A DNA stretch of 64,000 nt from a phage. Below, in pieces: positions 20,106 through 30,919 of this stretch. The stretch lies in the sequence record PZ445488.1; one strand, written 5' to 3'. Position 1 is the stretch's first letter. Each line of letters opens with the position of its first letter. Under the pieces are notes generated by a model. It had not been told where the DNA came from. It did no database searches and saw only the letters and a program-made list of their open reading frames with translations. The position numbers were made by a program, and so were the translations under genes.

Positions 20106-23100
20106 ATGGCCGACATCAAACGTAAGTTCAGAGCCGAAGACGGTCTGGACGCCGGTGGCGACAAGATTGTTAACGTAGCATTAGCCGACCGTACAGTAGG
20201 TACTGATGGCGTAAACGTTGACTTCCTGGTACAAGAAAACACCGTTCAAGTATATGATTCTACGCGTGGATACAACAAAGGATTTGTTGTTCTTTATGAC
20301 AACCGTTTATATCAAGCAATAAATGATATCGTGTCTCCTTCCGGGGCATTTAACCTTTTACAATGGCGTGCAGTTCGTACCGATGCACAATGGATAACTG
20401 TCGCTTCTGGGACTTATCAACTTTCTTCAGGTGAATCGATTTCGGTTAACACTGGTGCCGGCAATGATATGGTTTTTACATTGCCAAATACTCCAGTTGA
20501 TGGTGATACTGTTGTTTTGGCTGATATTGGTGGACGAACCGGGACAGTTAAAGTACAGATTAACGCGTCTGTACAGAGTATTTTAAACTTTAGAGGTGAA
20601 CAAGTTCGTACGGTTTTAATGACGCGCCCACGTTCACAACTATTGTTTGTGTTTAGTAATCGTTTGTGGCAGATGTATATTACCGATTATGGTAAAGAAT
20701 CAATCACTGTTACACCTGCGACACCATATCAAGCACAAGCAAATGATTTTATCGTTCGTCGTTTTACTAGTGCAGCACCAATCAACATTACACTTCCACG
20801 TAATGCTAACAACGGTGATATAATCAGCCTAGTCGATTTAGATAGATTAAACCCACTGTATCATACATTTGTTAAAACATTTGATGATACAACGTCTATT
20901 GGTGAAGTCGGGACTCATATTGCCGAAGGCAGAAATGACTCTGACGCGTTTTTTGTTTTTGATGCTGCAAATAGTTTATGGCGTATATGGGAAGGCGACC
21001 AGAAATCGCGTCTTCGTATTATCCGTGCGGATTCAAATATTCGTCCAAATGAAGAAGTTCTTATTTTTGGCACAAATAACGCTACAACCGGAACTATTAA
21101 TCTTACGCTGCCTACCGGAATTTTGAGTGGTGACACTGTTAAAATTTCAATGAACTACATGCGTAAAGGTCAAACAGTAAAAATTAAAGCTGCCGAAGGT
21201 GATACAATTGCTTCCACTGTTGCATTGCTTCAGTTCCCTAAACGTTCTGAATATCCACCTGATGCTCAATGGGTCTCTGTTACTGAACTAGAATTCAATG
21301 GCACTACTTCATATGTTCCTGTATTAGAATTAGCGTATATCGAAGACACCGTTGCTGGTACACGTTATTGGGTTGTGCAACAGAATGTCCCTACAGTAGA
21401 ACGTGTTGATGCTGGAACTGATGCTACACGAGCTCGTTTAGGTGTTATTGCTCTTGCTACTCAAGCGCAAGCAAATGTTGATTTAGAGAATACTCCAGCT
21501 AAAGAAGTGGCTATTACTCCTGAAACGTTGGCAAATCGTACAGCAACTGAAGCTCGACGTGGTATCGCTAAAATTGCTACAACAGCACAAGTTAACCAGA
21601 ATTCCACAGCAACATTTGTGGATGATACTATTGTTACGCCTAAAAAACTAAATGAGCGTACAGCAACTGAAACTCGTCGTGGTCTTGCTGAAATTGCTAC
21701 TCAGGCTGAAACAGATGCTGGTCTTGACGACACAACGATTATTACACCTAAGAAATTACAGGCACGTCAGGGTTCCGAAACACTATCTGGTATAGTTAAA
21801 TATGTATCAACTACTTCTGCTACTCCTGCTGAAACTCGTGGGACCGCAGGCACTAACGTTTATAATAAAACCGTAAATAATTTAACTATTTCTCCTAAAG
21901 CCCTTGACCAATATAAAGCAACTTATGCTCAACAAGGTGCGGTAATTTTAGCTATTGATAGTGAAGTAATTGCCGGACAATCTCAGTCTGGATACTCTCA
22001 CGCTGTAGTAACTCCTGAAACACTACATAAGAAAACTTCTACTGATGGACGTATTGGTTTAATTGAAATTGCTACGCAAGCAGAAACTAACACTGGAACT
22101 GATTATACTAGAGCAGTAACGCCTAAGACGTTAAATGATAGGAAAGCTACGGAAGGATTATCCGGCATAGCCGAAATTGCTACGCAAGTTGAATTTGATA
22201 CTGGAACTGATGATACTCGTATCTCGTCTCCACTGAAAATTAAAACTCATTTTAATTCTTCTGACCGTACCAGTGTTAATTCTGATTCCGGACTTATTGA
22301 AGAAGGAACCTTGTGGAACCATTATACTCTTGATATTTCTAAAGCAAATGAAACACAACGCGGTACGCTTCGCGTAGCGACCCAAGCAGAATCTAATGCA
22401 GGAACTTTAGATGATGTTCTTATTACTCCTAAAAAGCTTTTAGGAACTAAGTCCACTGAAACGTCTGAAGGCGTGATTAAGGTTGCTACTCAGGCTGAAA
22501 CTGTAACAGGAACTTCTGCTAATACTGCTGTATCTCCTAAGAATTTAAAATGGATTGTCCAGAATGAACCAACATGGGCTGCTACTACTGCAATAAGAGG
22601 TTTTGTTAAAACTTCATCTGGTTCAATTACATTCGTTGGTAATGATACAGTTGGTTCAACACAACCTTTAGAATCATATGAAAAAAATAGCTATGCTATA
22701 TCTCCATATGAATTAAACCGTGTACTTGCTAACTATTTGCCATTGAAAGCTAAAGCCGTAGATAGTAATCTGTTAGATGGTCTAGATTCTCTTCAGTTCA
22801 TCCGTAGAGACATCGACCAGACGGTTAATGGTTCTTTAAGTCTTACTAAACAGACCAACCTGAGTGCTCCTTTAGTATCTACAAGCACTGCTTCTTTTGG
22901 GTCCGAAGCATCTGTTACTCGTAGATTAACTCTTAATGACTCTAGCGGTTCCGAAATAGTTTTCACTAAAGGAACCCAATCTCTTAGTAATAAAGAGAAT
23001 TTCGTTGTTAGAGCATGGGGTAATAGCTCTACAGATGGTGCCCGTGATACAGTATTTGAAGCTGGTGACGAAACCGGATACCATTTCTATTCTCAGCGCG

Positions 23101-23939
23101 CTTCTGATAATAAAGTATCATTTAATATTAATGGAACACTTTATTCAACAGGTATTGTTTCTACAAATGGATTAAATGTTACAGGTGTTTCTACCTTTAC
23201 CGGGCCTATTAGTGCTACAGGTGAAATTGTTTCTAGTTCTCCTATTGCATTCAGAGCTATTAACGGTAACTATGGTGTTATGCTTTATAATGCTGGTGAC
23301 AATTCTTATATTGCATTAACTAACTCAGGTGACCAGACTGGGACGTTTAATAACTTACGCCCGATCACGATTAACAATGCCACAGGACTGGTTCGTCTTG
23401 ACAACGGTGTTCAAATCACAAGTGGTGCAACAATAACTACCGGCGGGTTAACTGTAAATAACAGGATTATTTCTAACGGCGTTAAAACTGCCACGGTTTA
23501 TACCGATAAACCAACAGCTTCTACTGTAGGTTTTTGGTCTATTGACATTAACGATTCTGCCGTATATAGCCAATTCCCTGGATACTGGACGCGTGATAAC
23601 AAAGGTAACCGTGACCAAGAAATTAAATATCCTGGTACTTTGACTCAATTCGGCAATAGCTTAGATTCGCTTTATCAGGATTGGATTTGTTATCCTACAG
23701 GTGCAAATGGTGGTAGTATTCGTTATACTCGTACCTGGCAGAAAAATAAAGATGCTTGGACTTCATTTGCAATGGTATTTGATAGTGGCAACCCACCTTC
23801 ACCTAGCGATGTCGGTGCTATCCCGTCTGATAATGCTGTTATTGGAAACCTTACTATTCGAGACTTCTTACAATTAGGAAATGTGAGAATTGTTCCAGAC
23901 CCGGTTAACAAAACAGTTAAATTTATATGGGTTGAATAA
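20106..23939 (+). CDS. 34: long tail fibre proximal subunit gp34
   Basis: 1277 aa; first gene of the plus-strand late block; repeated ATQAE/ETxxG segments typical of the gp34 shaft. Confidence 0.9.
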   Translation: MADIKRKFRAEDGLDAGGDKIVNVALADRTVGTDGVNVDFLVQENTVQVYDSTRGYNKGFVVLYDNRLYQAINDIVSPSGAFNLLQWRAVRTDAQWITVASGTYQLSSGESISVNTGAGNDMVFTLPNTPVDGDTVVLADIGGRTGTVKVQINASVQSILNFRGEQVRTVLMTRPRSQLLFVFSNRLWQMYITDYGKESITVTPATPYQAQANDFIVRRFTSAAPINITLPRNANNGDIISLVDLDRLNPLYHTFVKTFDDTTSIGEVGTHIAEGRNDSDAFFVFDAANSLWRIWEGDQKSRLRIIRADSNIRPNEEVLIFGTNNATTGTINLTLPTGILSGDTVKISMNYMRKGQTVKIKAAEGDTIASTVALLQFPKRSEYPPDAQWVSVTELEFNGTTSYVPVLELAYIEDTVAGTRYWVVQQNVPTVERVDAGTDATRARLGVIALATQAQANVDLENTPAKEVAITPETLANRTATEARRGIAKIATTAQVNQNSTATFVDDTIVTPKKLNERTATETRRGLAEIATQAETDAGLDDTTIITPKKLQARQGSETLSGIVKYVSTTSATPAETRGTAGTNVYNKTVNNLTISPKALDQYKATYAQQGAVILAIDSEVIAGQSQSGYSHAVVTPETLHKKTSTDGRIGLIEIATQAETNTGTDYTRAVTPKTLNDRKATEGLSGIAEIATQVEFDTGTDDTRISSPLKIKTHFNSSDRTSVNSDSGLIEEGTLWNHYTLDISKANETQRGTLRVATQAESNAGTLDDVLITPKKLLGTKSTETSEGVIKVATQAETVTGTSANTAVSPKNLKWIVQNEPTWAATTAIRGFVKTSSGSITFVGNDTVGSTQPLESYEKNSYAISPYELNRVLANYLPLKAKAVDSNLLDGLDSLQFIRRDIDQTVNGSLSLTKQTNLSAPLVSTSTASFGSEASVTRRLTLNDSSGSEIVFTKGTQSLSNKENFVVRAWGNSSTDGARDTVFEAGDETGYHFYSQRASDNKVSFNINGTLYSTGIVSTNGLNVTGVSTFTGPISATGEIVSSSPIAFRAINGNYGVMLYNAGDNSYIALTNSGDQTGTFNNLRPITINNATGLVRLDNGVQITSGATITTGGLTVNNRIISNGVKTATVYTDKPTASTVGFWSIDINDSAVYSQFPGYWTRDNKGNRDQEIKYPGTLTQFGNSLDSLYQDWICYPTGANGGSIRYTRTWQKNKDAWTSFAMVFDSGNPPSPSDVGAIPSDNAVIGNLTIRDFLQLGNVRIVPDPVNKTVKFIWVE

Positions 23940-23947
23940 GAGGTTAT

Positions 23948-25072
23948 ATGGAAAAATTTATGGCAAGGTTTGGACAGGGATACGTCCAAACGCCGTTTTT
24001 ATCGGAAAGCAATTCAGTTAGATTTAAACTAAGTATAGCGGGTTCATGCCCGCTTTCAACAACTAATCCGTATATTTTGTTCCAAAACGAGCCTTTAGGG
24101 TTGCAGTCTTTTGGTATTGGACTAAATGTTAGGGTAATAAATCCGGAAAATGGAACTATAGTTGATAGTAAATTATACAATTTTGCGCCTACAAATAATG
24201 CAACTTCGGCCGCGTTTATTTCGTTTGTTAATACATACGCAGATAATTTCATTTTCGCATTTATTTCTAATAACAAATTTAATTTGCCGCCAGAAATAAT
24301 TGGATGGTTTAAAGCTGCTGGGAGTTCAGTTATACCGTCAATTGAAGTTGCTAGTCTTGTTGATATTTCATATTCAGCGTTTTATGTTTCAGGTAAAAAT
24401 ACTATTGCATTAGAACACATAAAATACAGTAATAAGAAAACAATTTCTGATTACGCAACTCCATTAGATATTGTATATGACTCTATTGCTGATATAGGTG
24501 CTACCGGCTATCCTAGACGTACATATGAAGCTCTAGAAACGTTTTTATCTCCTGTTGGAGGAACTAACAATGAAATAAAAAGGGTGCCTACATCATCTCT
24601 TGTTACTCCTATCGCAAACTATGGATTAAAGCCTACAGATTTTCTTTATTTGAAATTTCAATTAATGGCTGATGAAGCATTACTAGAGGAAGGAACCACA
24701 AGACTTTCAATTCGTTTCTTTAAGACTCCATCTAGCTCTCCTATATTGTCTAAAGATATAAACTTTGATGGAACTGCTGGTGAATGGAAGTTATACGAAG
24801 AATACGTTGAAATACCAGCTGAAGCCGATGGCTTTACAGTATATTGTTACCGTACGGCCCCAGTCGGTCAAGGTGGACTAAGAAATGTTATTTTCACTGA
24901 AGTATCATGTAACGGAAGTATAGCAAAACCTGCCGAGTTTGGCCTAAACGGTATTCGTGCTAATTACATCGATGAATCATTAATCGGTAATGATATAATG
25001 GACTTGCCTACTCAGTTATCTAACGACACAGGTAAGGTATTTGGGCAGGAATTTAAAGAGTACACAGAATAA
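23948..25072 (+). CDS. 35: long tail fibre hinge protein gp35
   Basis: 374 aa, syntenic. Confidence 0.8.
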   Translation: MEKFMARFGQGYVQTPFLSESNSVRFKLSIAGSCPLSTTNPYILFQNEPLGLQSFGIGLNVRVINPENGTIVDSKLYNFAPTNNATSAAFISFVNTYADNFIFAFISNNKFNLPPEIIGWFKAAGSSVIPSIEVASLVDISYSAFYVSGKNTIALEHIKYSNKKTISDYATPLDIVYDSIADIGATGYPRRTYEALETFLSPVGGTNNEIKRVPTSSLVTPIANYGLKPTDFLYLKFQLMADEALLEEGTTRLSIRFFKTPSSSPILSKDINFDGTAGEWKLYEEYVEIPAEADGFTVYCYRTAPVGQGGLRNVIFTEVSCNGSIAKPAEFGLNGIRANYIDESLIGNDIMDLPTQLSNDTGKVFGQEFKEYTE

Positions 25073-25090
25073 AGGAGACTTCGGTCTCCT
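25073..25090 (+). terminator. tetraloop hairpin aggagac-uucg-gucuccu after gene 35
   Basis: perfect inverted repeat starting at the base after the gp35 stop. Confidence 0.5.
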
Positions 25091-25097
25091 TTTCGCG

Positions 25098-25105
25098 TAT
25101 AAATA
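25098..25105 (+). promoter_or_regulatory. late promoter TATAAATA for genes 36/37
   Basis: exact TATAAATA 26 nt upstream of gene 36 ATG. Confidence 0.6.
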
Positions 25106-25131
25106 CTTTAATATTAATAAGGAGACACGAA

Positions 25132-25788
25132 ATGGCCGATTTAAAAGCCGGAAGTACAGTTGGTGGTTCCGTCATATGGCATCAAGGCAATTTTCCTTTA
25201 ATGCCAGCTGGCGATGACATCCTATATAAAACATTTAAATTATACACCGAATATAACAAGCCAAAAGCGGCTGATAACGATTTCGTATCTAAAGCAAATG
25301 GTGGGACATATCTCAAAAAGGTAATCTTTAACGAAGGTGTTGCAGTCAAAACAGCAGATGACCAAACGAATGGTATTTTTTCTGGTGGTGGTGACGCCGC
25401 GACATTCGACCAAACAAACATGGATATTGTTTCGTGGTATGGTATTGGGTTTAAATCATCTCAAGGTACAGGTGAAAGAACTGTTGTAATTGATACTCGC
25501 ACCGGTAATATAAGTTCTAAAGGCGTTATTGAAGCATCTCAATTCAGAGCCACAACGTTAGCACCTTTAAATAATTACGACCTTACTCGCAAAGATTATG
25601 TTGATAGTCAAATAAATACAGTTAATGCTAATGCAAACAGTCGTGTACTCCGTTCAGGAGATACGATGACCGGCGCGCTAACAGCCCCAAACTTTTTCTC
25701 ACAGAATCCTGCATCTCAACCATCGCATGTTCCACGATTTGACCAAATTGTTATTAAGGATTCTGTTCAAGATTTCGGCTATTATTAA
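25132..25788 (+). CDS. 36: long tail fibre distal connector gp36
   Basis: 218 aa, syntenic. Confidence 0.8.
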   Translation: MADLKAGSTVGGSVIWHQGNFPLMPAGDDILYKTFKLYTEYNKPKAADNDFVSKANGGTYLKKVIFNEGVAVKTADDQTNGIFSGGGDAATFDQTNMDIVSWYGIGFKSSQGTGERTVVIDTRTGNISSKGVIEASQFRATTLAPLNNYDLTRKDYVDSQINTVNANANSRVLRSGDTMTGALTAPNFFSQNPASQPSHVPRFDQIVIKDSVQDFGYY

Positions 25789-25796
25789 GAGGACTT

Positions 25797-28700
25797 ATGG
25801 CTACTTTAAAACAAATACAATTTAAAAGAAGCAAAACTGCAGGAGCACGTCCTGCCGCTTCAGTATTAGCCGAAGGTGAATTGGCTATAAACTTAAAAGA
25901 CCGTGTACTTTTTACTAAAGATGACCAAGGAAATATTATTGATCTGGGTTTTGCTAAAGGTGGTAGTATTGACGGGAATGTTATTCATATAGGAAACTAT
26001 AATCAAACTGGTGATTATACTTTAAATGGCGTCTTCACTCAGACTGGTAATTTTAATTTAACTGGTATTGCTCGAGTAACTCGCGATATTATTGCCGCTG
26101 GGCCGATTATGACTGAAGGCGGAGAACTTATTACAAAAAGTTCAGGTACATCACATGTTCGTTTTCATGATTCAGCTGACCGTGAACGTGGAATCATTTT
26201 TTCTCCTGCTAATGATGGATTAACTACACAAGTAATTAATATTAGAGTTCAAGACTACGCAGCTGGTAGCGAAAGCACCTATGCATTTTCAGGCAGTGGA
26301 CAATTTATTTCACCTGAAGTATCGGCATGGAAATCTATGTCAACTCCTCAGATTTTGACTGACAAAGTCATTACAGACGGGAAGAAGGCAGGTGATTATG
26401 ACATCTATTCATTAGCAAATAATAATTCTAATACAGATAAAAATAATTTACGTGTTGTACGTACCGACCCAGCGGCCGCAATGCTCCATGAAATTTGTGA
26501 AAACAACGGCATCAGTTGGTATTCTGGTTCAACCCCTACTGATTATATGTTATCTTTTGCTTATTCCGGCGGTTTTCAAGCAGGCCATTCGATTGCAGTA
26601 GGTATGGAATCAGGGCCTATGACATATTCAACCTTAGGTAAAGGTTCTATTGTTCTTGGGGATAATGATACTGGATTTAAATGGCATCAAGACGGATATT
26701 ATTTCAGCGTTAATAATGGAACAAAAACGTTTTTATTTAATCCTAGCGAAACAACTAGCCTAAGAAAATTTGTAGCTGGATATTCTACTAATGGAACCGA
26801 TTTAACTACTCCTCCAACTGAAAACTATGCTCTTGCTACTGTTGTGACATATCACGATAATAACGCGTTTGGAGATGGTCAGACTCTTTTGGGATATTAT
26901 CAAGGCGGTAACTATCATCACTATTTCCGTGGTAAGGGTACCACAAACATTAATACTCATGGCGGTTTGTTGGTTACTCCTGGTAATATTGATGTTATTG
27001 GCGGTTCTGTTAATATAGATGGTAGAAATAATTCTTCTACACTAATGTTTAGAGGCAACACAACAGGATACAGCTCGGTTGATAATATGGATATTAAAGT
27101 TTGGGGTAATACGTTTGTTGATCCAAGCGGAGGTATCCGTAAAAACATTATGGAAATTTCTGATGCAACTAGCTGGATGAGCTATATTCAAAGACTTACT
27201 ACTGGCGAAGTAGAAATGAACGTTAATGGTTCATTTGAATCATCTGGTGTTACTGCTGGAGATAGAGGAGTTCACACAACAGGTGAAATTTCATCTGGAG
27301 CAGTGAATGCTCTTCGTATTTGGAACGCAGATTATGGAGCCATTTTTAGACGTTCAGAAGGAAGTCTTCATATTATTCCAACTGCTTATGGCGAAGGCAA
27401 AGATGGCGATATTGGTCCACTTCGCCCATTTAGTATGGCTTTAGATACTGGTAAAGTTACTATTCCAGATTTACAATCAAGTTACAATACGTTCGCTGCT
27501 AACGGTTATATTAAATTTGTTGGTCATGGAGCGGGTGCCGGCGGTTATGACATTCAATATGCTCAAGCGGCTCCTATTTTCCAGGAAATTGATGATGATG
27601 CTGTAAGCAAATATTATCCTATTGTTAAACAGAAGTTTTTAAACGGTAAATCTGTTTGGTCTTTAGGTACCGAAATTGAATCAGGTACATTCGTTATTCA
27701 TCATCTGAAAGAAGATGGTTCACAAGGCCATACATCAAGATTTAATATGGATGGTACAGTTAATTTCCCTGATAATGTTCTGGTCGGTGGTGGTGAAGCT
27801 GCTATTGCTCGTAATGGTAATATTTTCTCGGATATTTGGAAAACGTTTACTTCTGCAGGCGACGTAACTAATATTCGCGATGCAATAGCTACTCGTGTTG
27901 CCAAAGAAGGTGACACGATGACAGGTCGTTTAACTCTTAAAACCAACGCAGATGCTGTTGTTATTGATTATCCGGCAGATGAAGCGGGTTATGTTAAGGG
28001 TAAAAAAGGTGGTGCTGATAACTGGTATGTCGGTAACGGTGGTGCTGATGATGGTTTAGCCTTCTGGAGCTTCCAATCCAAAGGCGGTATTAATATTAAC
28101 CCTAATGGCGAGGTTATTCTATCTCCACAGGGCACTAGTATATTCAATATAAACCGCGACCGTATTCATATGAATGGTTCCAACTGGATTGCACATAAAT
28201 CTGGTAAGTGGGGCGACCAATGGGGCTTAGAAGCACCTTATTTCCTTGATTTTGGTAACGTTGGCGAAGACAGTTATTATCCTATCATTAAAGGCCGATC
28301 TTTAATTAGTGGTCAGGGTTATACTACTTCTGTTGAATTAGGCCTGCGTCGTACTCCACAAACATGGGGACAAGCGATAATTCGAGTTGGTAATGCCGAA
28401 GGCGCTGACGGTCCTGTAGGTATTTTCGAATTCCACTCTGACGGTAGATTTTACTCCCCGACTTTAGTCCAGACTCCTGCAATTGGTGTTGGTACTGATA
28501 ATGGACTTGGTGCTCCAAGTATTGCAATCGGTGATAATGACACGGGCTTATCACATGGTGGTGACGGTCGAGTTAATATGGTTGCTAACGGGATTCATAT
28601 TGCATCTTGGTCTAACTCTTACCATACTCATGAAGGTCTTTGGGGTACCAATGGTGCTTTGTGGACTGAAACAGGAAGAGCTATTATTTCTTTTGGCCAT

Positions 28701-29090
28701 TTAGTCCAACAAAGCGACGCCTATTCTACATATGTTCGAGACGTTTATGTTCGTTCTGATATTCGTGTTAAAAAAGACCTTGTTAAATTTGAAAATGCTT
28801 CCGAGAAGCTTTCTAAAATTAACGGTTACACTTATATGCAGAAACGTGGAACTGACGAAGAAGGTAACCAGAAATGGGAACCTAACGCCGGTTTGATAGC
28901 TCAAGAAGTTCAAGCTATTTTACCAGAATTAGTTGAAGGCGACCCTGATGGTGAAGCTTTACTTCGTTTGAACTATAACGGCGTAATTGGTTTAAATACA
29001 GCTGCAATCAATGAGCATACTGCAGAAATTGCAGAACTTAAGTCAGAGATTGAAGAGCTTAAAAATTTAGTTAAATCATTGTTAAAATAA
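25797..29090 (+). CDS. 37: long tail fibre distal subunit gp37 with C-terminal intramolecular-chaperone (peptidase S74-like) domain
   Basis: 1097 aa; C-terminus ...RSDIRVKKDL...INGYTYMQ... then coiled-coil tail resembles autoproteolytic chaperone domains of phage fibres. Confidence 0.85.
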   Translation: MATLKQIQFKRSKTAGARPAASVLAEGELAINLKDRVLFTKDDQGNIIDLGFAKGGSIDGNVIHIGNYNQTGDYTLNGVFTQTGNFNLTGIARVTRDIIAAGPIMTEGGELITKSSGTSHVRFHDSADRERGIIFSPANDGLTTQVINIRVQDYAAGSESTYAFSGSGQFISPEVSAWKSMSTPQILTDKVITDGKKAGDYDIYSLANNNSNTDKNNLRVVRTDPAAAMLHEICENNGISWYSGSTPTDYMLSFAYSGGFQAGHSIAVGMESGPMTYSTLGKGSIVLGDNDTGFKWHQDGYYFSVNNGTKTFLFNPSETTSLRKFVAGYSTNGTDLTTPPTENYALATVVTYHDNNAFGDGQTLLGYYQGGNYHHYFRGKGTTNINTHGGLLVTPGNIDVIGGSVNIDGRNNSSTLMFRGNTTGYSSVDNMDIKVWGNTFVDPSGGIRKNIMEISDATSWMSYIQRLTTGEVEMNVNGSFESSGVTAGDRGVHTTGEISSGAVNALRIWNADYGAIFRRSEGSLHIIPTAYGEGKDGDIGPLRPFSMALDTGKVTIPDLQSSYNTFAANGYIKFVGHGAGAGGYDIQYAQAAPIFQEIDDDAVSKYYPIVKQKFLNGKSVWSLGTEIESGTFVIHHLKEDGSQGHTSRFNMDGTVNFPDNVLVGGGEAAIARNGNIFSDIWKTFTSAGDVTNIRDAIATRVAKEGDTMTGRLTLKTNADAVVIDYPADEAGYVKGKKGGADNWYVGNGGADDGLAFWSFQSKGGININPNGEVILSPQGTSIFNINRDRIHMNGSNWIAHKSGKWGDQWGLEAPYFLDFGNVGEDSYYPIIKGRSLISGQGYTTSVELGLRRTPQTWGQAIIRVGNAEGADGPVGIFEFHSDGRFYSPTLVQTPAIGVGTDNGLGAPSIAIGDNDTGLSHGGDGRVNMVANGIHIASWSNSYHTHEGLWGTNGALWTETGRAIISFGHLVQQSDAYSTYVRDVYVRSDIRVKKDLVKFENASEKLSKINGYTYMQKRGTDEEGNQKWEPNAGLIAQEVQAILPELVEGDPDGEALLRLNYNGVIGLNTAAINEHTAEIAELKSEIEELKNLVKSLLK

Positions 29091-29096
29091 TAAGAG

Positions 29097-29110
29097 GGGC
29101 TGAAGCCCCT
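29097..29110 (+). terminator. hairpin ggggc-ugaa-gcccc after gene 37
   Basis: inverted repeat between gp37 stop and gp38 start. Confidence 0.4.
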
Positions 29111-29895
29111 TGGAGGTTTATATGGCAGTTGAAGGACCGTGGGTAGGATGGTCTGCGAGAGTACAAACTGGAGACCCTTGGATGGGTGGTGCCGCACAGA
29201 GATTGAGAATGGGAATTCCGTTTTGGATGAGTAATATGATAGGTCGATCTGTTGAAGTAATTCACACGCTTGGAGCAGACCATAACTTCAATGGCCAATG
29301 GTTCCGAGATAGATGTTTTGAGGCAGGTAGTGCACCTATAGTGTTTAATATCACTGGAAATTTAGTATCATATAGTAAAGATGTTCCATTATTCTTTATG
29401 TATGGCGATACGCCAAATGAATATGTTACTTTGAATATTCACGGTGGAGTTCATATGTGGGGACGAGGTGGTAACGGTACTGTAAACGGAAACCCAGGCA
29501 CAAATGGCGGCGATGTAATCCAAAATGATATCGGCGGAAGACTTCGTATTTGGAACTATGGCGTTATTGCATCAGGCGGCGGCGGTGGTGGTGCGGTGTC
29601 ATTACAGAATAGCTGGGCACCAAATGCTACAGCAGGTGGCGGTGGCGGCAGACCATTTGGCCTCGGCGGAGGCGGCGTTAATTGGCCTGGTGGTAATGCT
29701 AGTTATGACGCCCCGGGCGGCGCCGGTTACACTTCCCAATTCGGCGGTGGTAATGGCGGGGATGCTGGAGGTCGGGGCGGAGATGGATGGGGCAAACACT
29801 TATCTAGATCTGGGGGTGGTGCTCCTGGTAGAGCAGTATTCGGAAGTTCACCGACATGGGGTGCTACAGGCACAATTTACGGCTCCTGGATTTAA
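29110..29895 (+). CDS. 38: receptor-binding adhesin gp38 (T2-type, glycine-rich motifs)
   Basis: 261 aa; runs of GGGGGGA, AGGGGGR, GLGGGG, GGGNGG, GGRGGDG separated by short variable segments. Confidence 0.85.
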   Translation: MEVYMAVEGPWVGWSARVQTGDPWMGGAAQRLRMGIPFWMSNMIGRSVEVIHTLGADHNFNGQWFRDRCFEAGSAPIVFNITGNLVSYSKDVPLFFMYGDTPNEYVTLNIHGGVHMWGRGGNGTVNGNPGTNGGDVIQNDIGGRLRIWNYGVIASGGGGGGAVSLQNSWAPNATAGGGGGRPFGLGGGGVNWPGGNASYDAPGGAGYTSQFGGGNGGDAGGRGGDGWGKHLSRSGGGAPGRAVFGSSPTWGATGTIYGSWI

Positions 29896-29913
29896 ACGAT
29901 AATACCTCTCAAT

Positions 29914-29921
29914 TATAAATA
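29914..29921 (+). promoter_or_regulatory. late promoter TATAAATA for t
   Basis: exact TATAAATA 20 nt upstream of holin ATG. Confidence 0.55.
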
Positions 29922-29940
29922 TTGATAAATGGGAGGTAAT

Positions 29941-30600
29941 ATGGCAGCACCTAGAATATCATTTTCGCCTAGTGATATTTTATTTGGGTTGCTAGACCGC
30001 ATTTTCAAAGATAACGCCTCTGGAAATATTCTTATTTCCAGAGTTGCTGTTGTAGTTCTTTTGTTCCTAATGGCACTAATATGGTACAAAGGGAATATTT
30101 TTATGGATTATTACGTGAGGTCGAAATATGATACTTACACAGAAGTAATTCAAAAAGAAAGAAATACACGATTTGAATCTGCGGCTTTAGAACAACTACA
30201 AATAGTCCACGTCACATCAAGGGCGGATTTTAGTTCGGTGTATTCTTTCAGACCTAAAAATCTAAATTATTTCGTCGACCTTATTGCGTATGAAGGTAAG
30301 TTACCTAGCACAGTAACTGAAAAATCTATGGGAGGATTTCCTGTTGATAAAACGACAGCAGAATATTCGGTCCATTTAAGTGGACTTCACTTTACTTCTA
30401 AAACAGATTTTGCTTTCTTACCTACCAAATCAAAAACTCCGGAACTGGCGTATATGTATAGTTGTCCTTACTTCAATTTGGATAACATATATGCGGGAAC
30501 TGTTTCTATGTATTGGTATAAGGGATCGGATGTGCTAAATGAAGAACGCTTGGCTGCAATATGCAACCAAGCAGCAAGGATATTAGGGCGGGCTAAATAA
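29941..30600 (+). CDS. t: holin T; start set at MAAPRISF
   Basis: 219 aa; MAAPRISFSPSDILFGLLDR...CPYFNLDNIYAGT...AARILGRAK matches remembered T4 holin. Confidence 0.9.
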   Translation: MAAPRISFSPSDILFGLLDRIFKDNASGNILISRVAVVVLLFLMALIWYKGNIFMDYYVRSKYDTYTEVIQKERNTRFESAALEQLQIVHVTSRADFSSVYSFRPKNLNYFVDLIAYEGKLPSTVTEKSMGGFPVDKTTAEYSVHLSGLHFTSKTDFAFLPTKSKTPELAYMYSCPYFNLDNIYAGTVSMYWYKGSDVLNEERLAAICNQAARILGRAK

Positions 30601-30873
30601 TTAGTTGTTAGAATACATCGTCAAATGGCGATAAATATTTTCAAAACCTTCATTGAATTCACTAATCAGTGTTTTCTTTTCTTCGGCAGTTAAATTCGTA
30701 ATTAGTTTTCTGAACGAATTCTGATTTAGCTGCCGACCATCTTTTTTAATTCCAATCTCATTCAAGAATCCGATGAAATTTGCTCGGTCTTCAACAATAT
30801 CTTCCCTCGAGAATTTAATCAAAATAGAAGCAACCGTAATAATTTCACGTACAATTTCAATATCTTTATTCAT
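30601..30873 (-). CDS. asiA: anti-sigma70 factor AsiA
   Basis: 90 aa; MNK-IDTVREIITVASILIKFSREDIVE-RANFI-FLNEIG... matches remembered T4 AsiA. Confidence 0.9.
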   Translation of the reverse strand: MNKDIEIVREIITVASILIKFSREDIVEDRANFIGFLNEIGIKKDGRQLNQNSFRKLITNLTAEEKKTLISEFNEGFENIYRHLTMYSNN

Positions 30874-30919
30874 AACGTTTTATTCATTCCATTTGGTTGA
30901 TATGAGTATAGTACCATTA

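Noticed and set aside
20033-24276. Short ORFs antisense to or overlapping the tail fibre genes (e.g. 20033..20242, 20869..21136, 22158..22385, 23448..23648, 23723..24276)
   Set aside because: All lie within the long, well-supported gp34/gp35 ORFs and lack start context; treated as chance ORFs.
29560-29830. GGC/GGT-rich stretch as a possible simple-sequence repeat element
   Set aside because: It encodes the polyglycine motifs of the gp38 adhesin in frame; it is coding low-complexity sequence, not a non-coding microsatellite.
29525-29902. Plus-strand ORF 29525..29902 and minus ORF 29602..29799 inside gp38
   Set aside because: They are alternative-frame readings of the glycine-rich (GGN-repeat) coding region of gp38; frame-shifted or antisense translations of low-complexity sequence, not separate genes.
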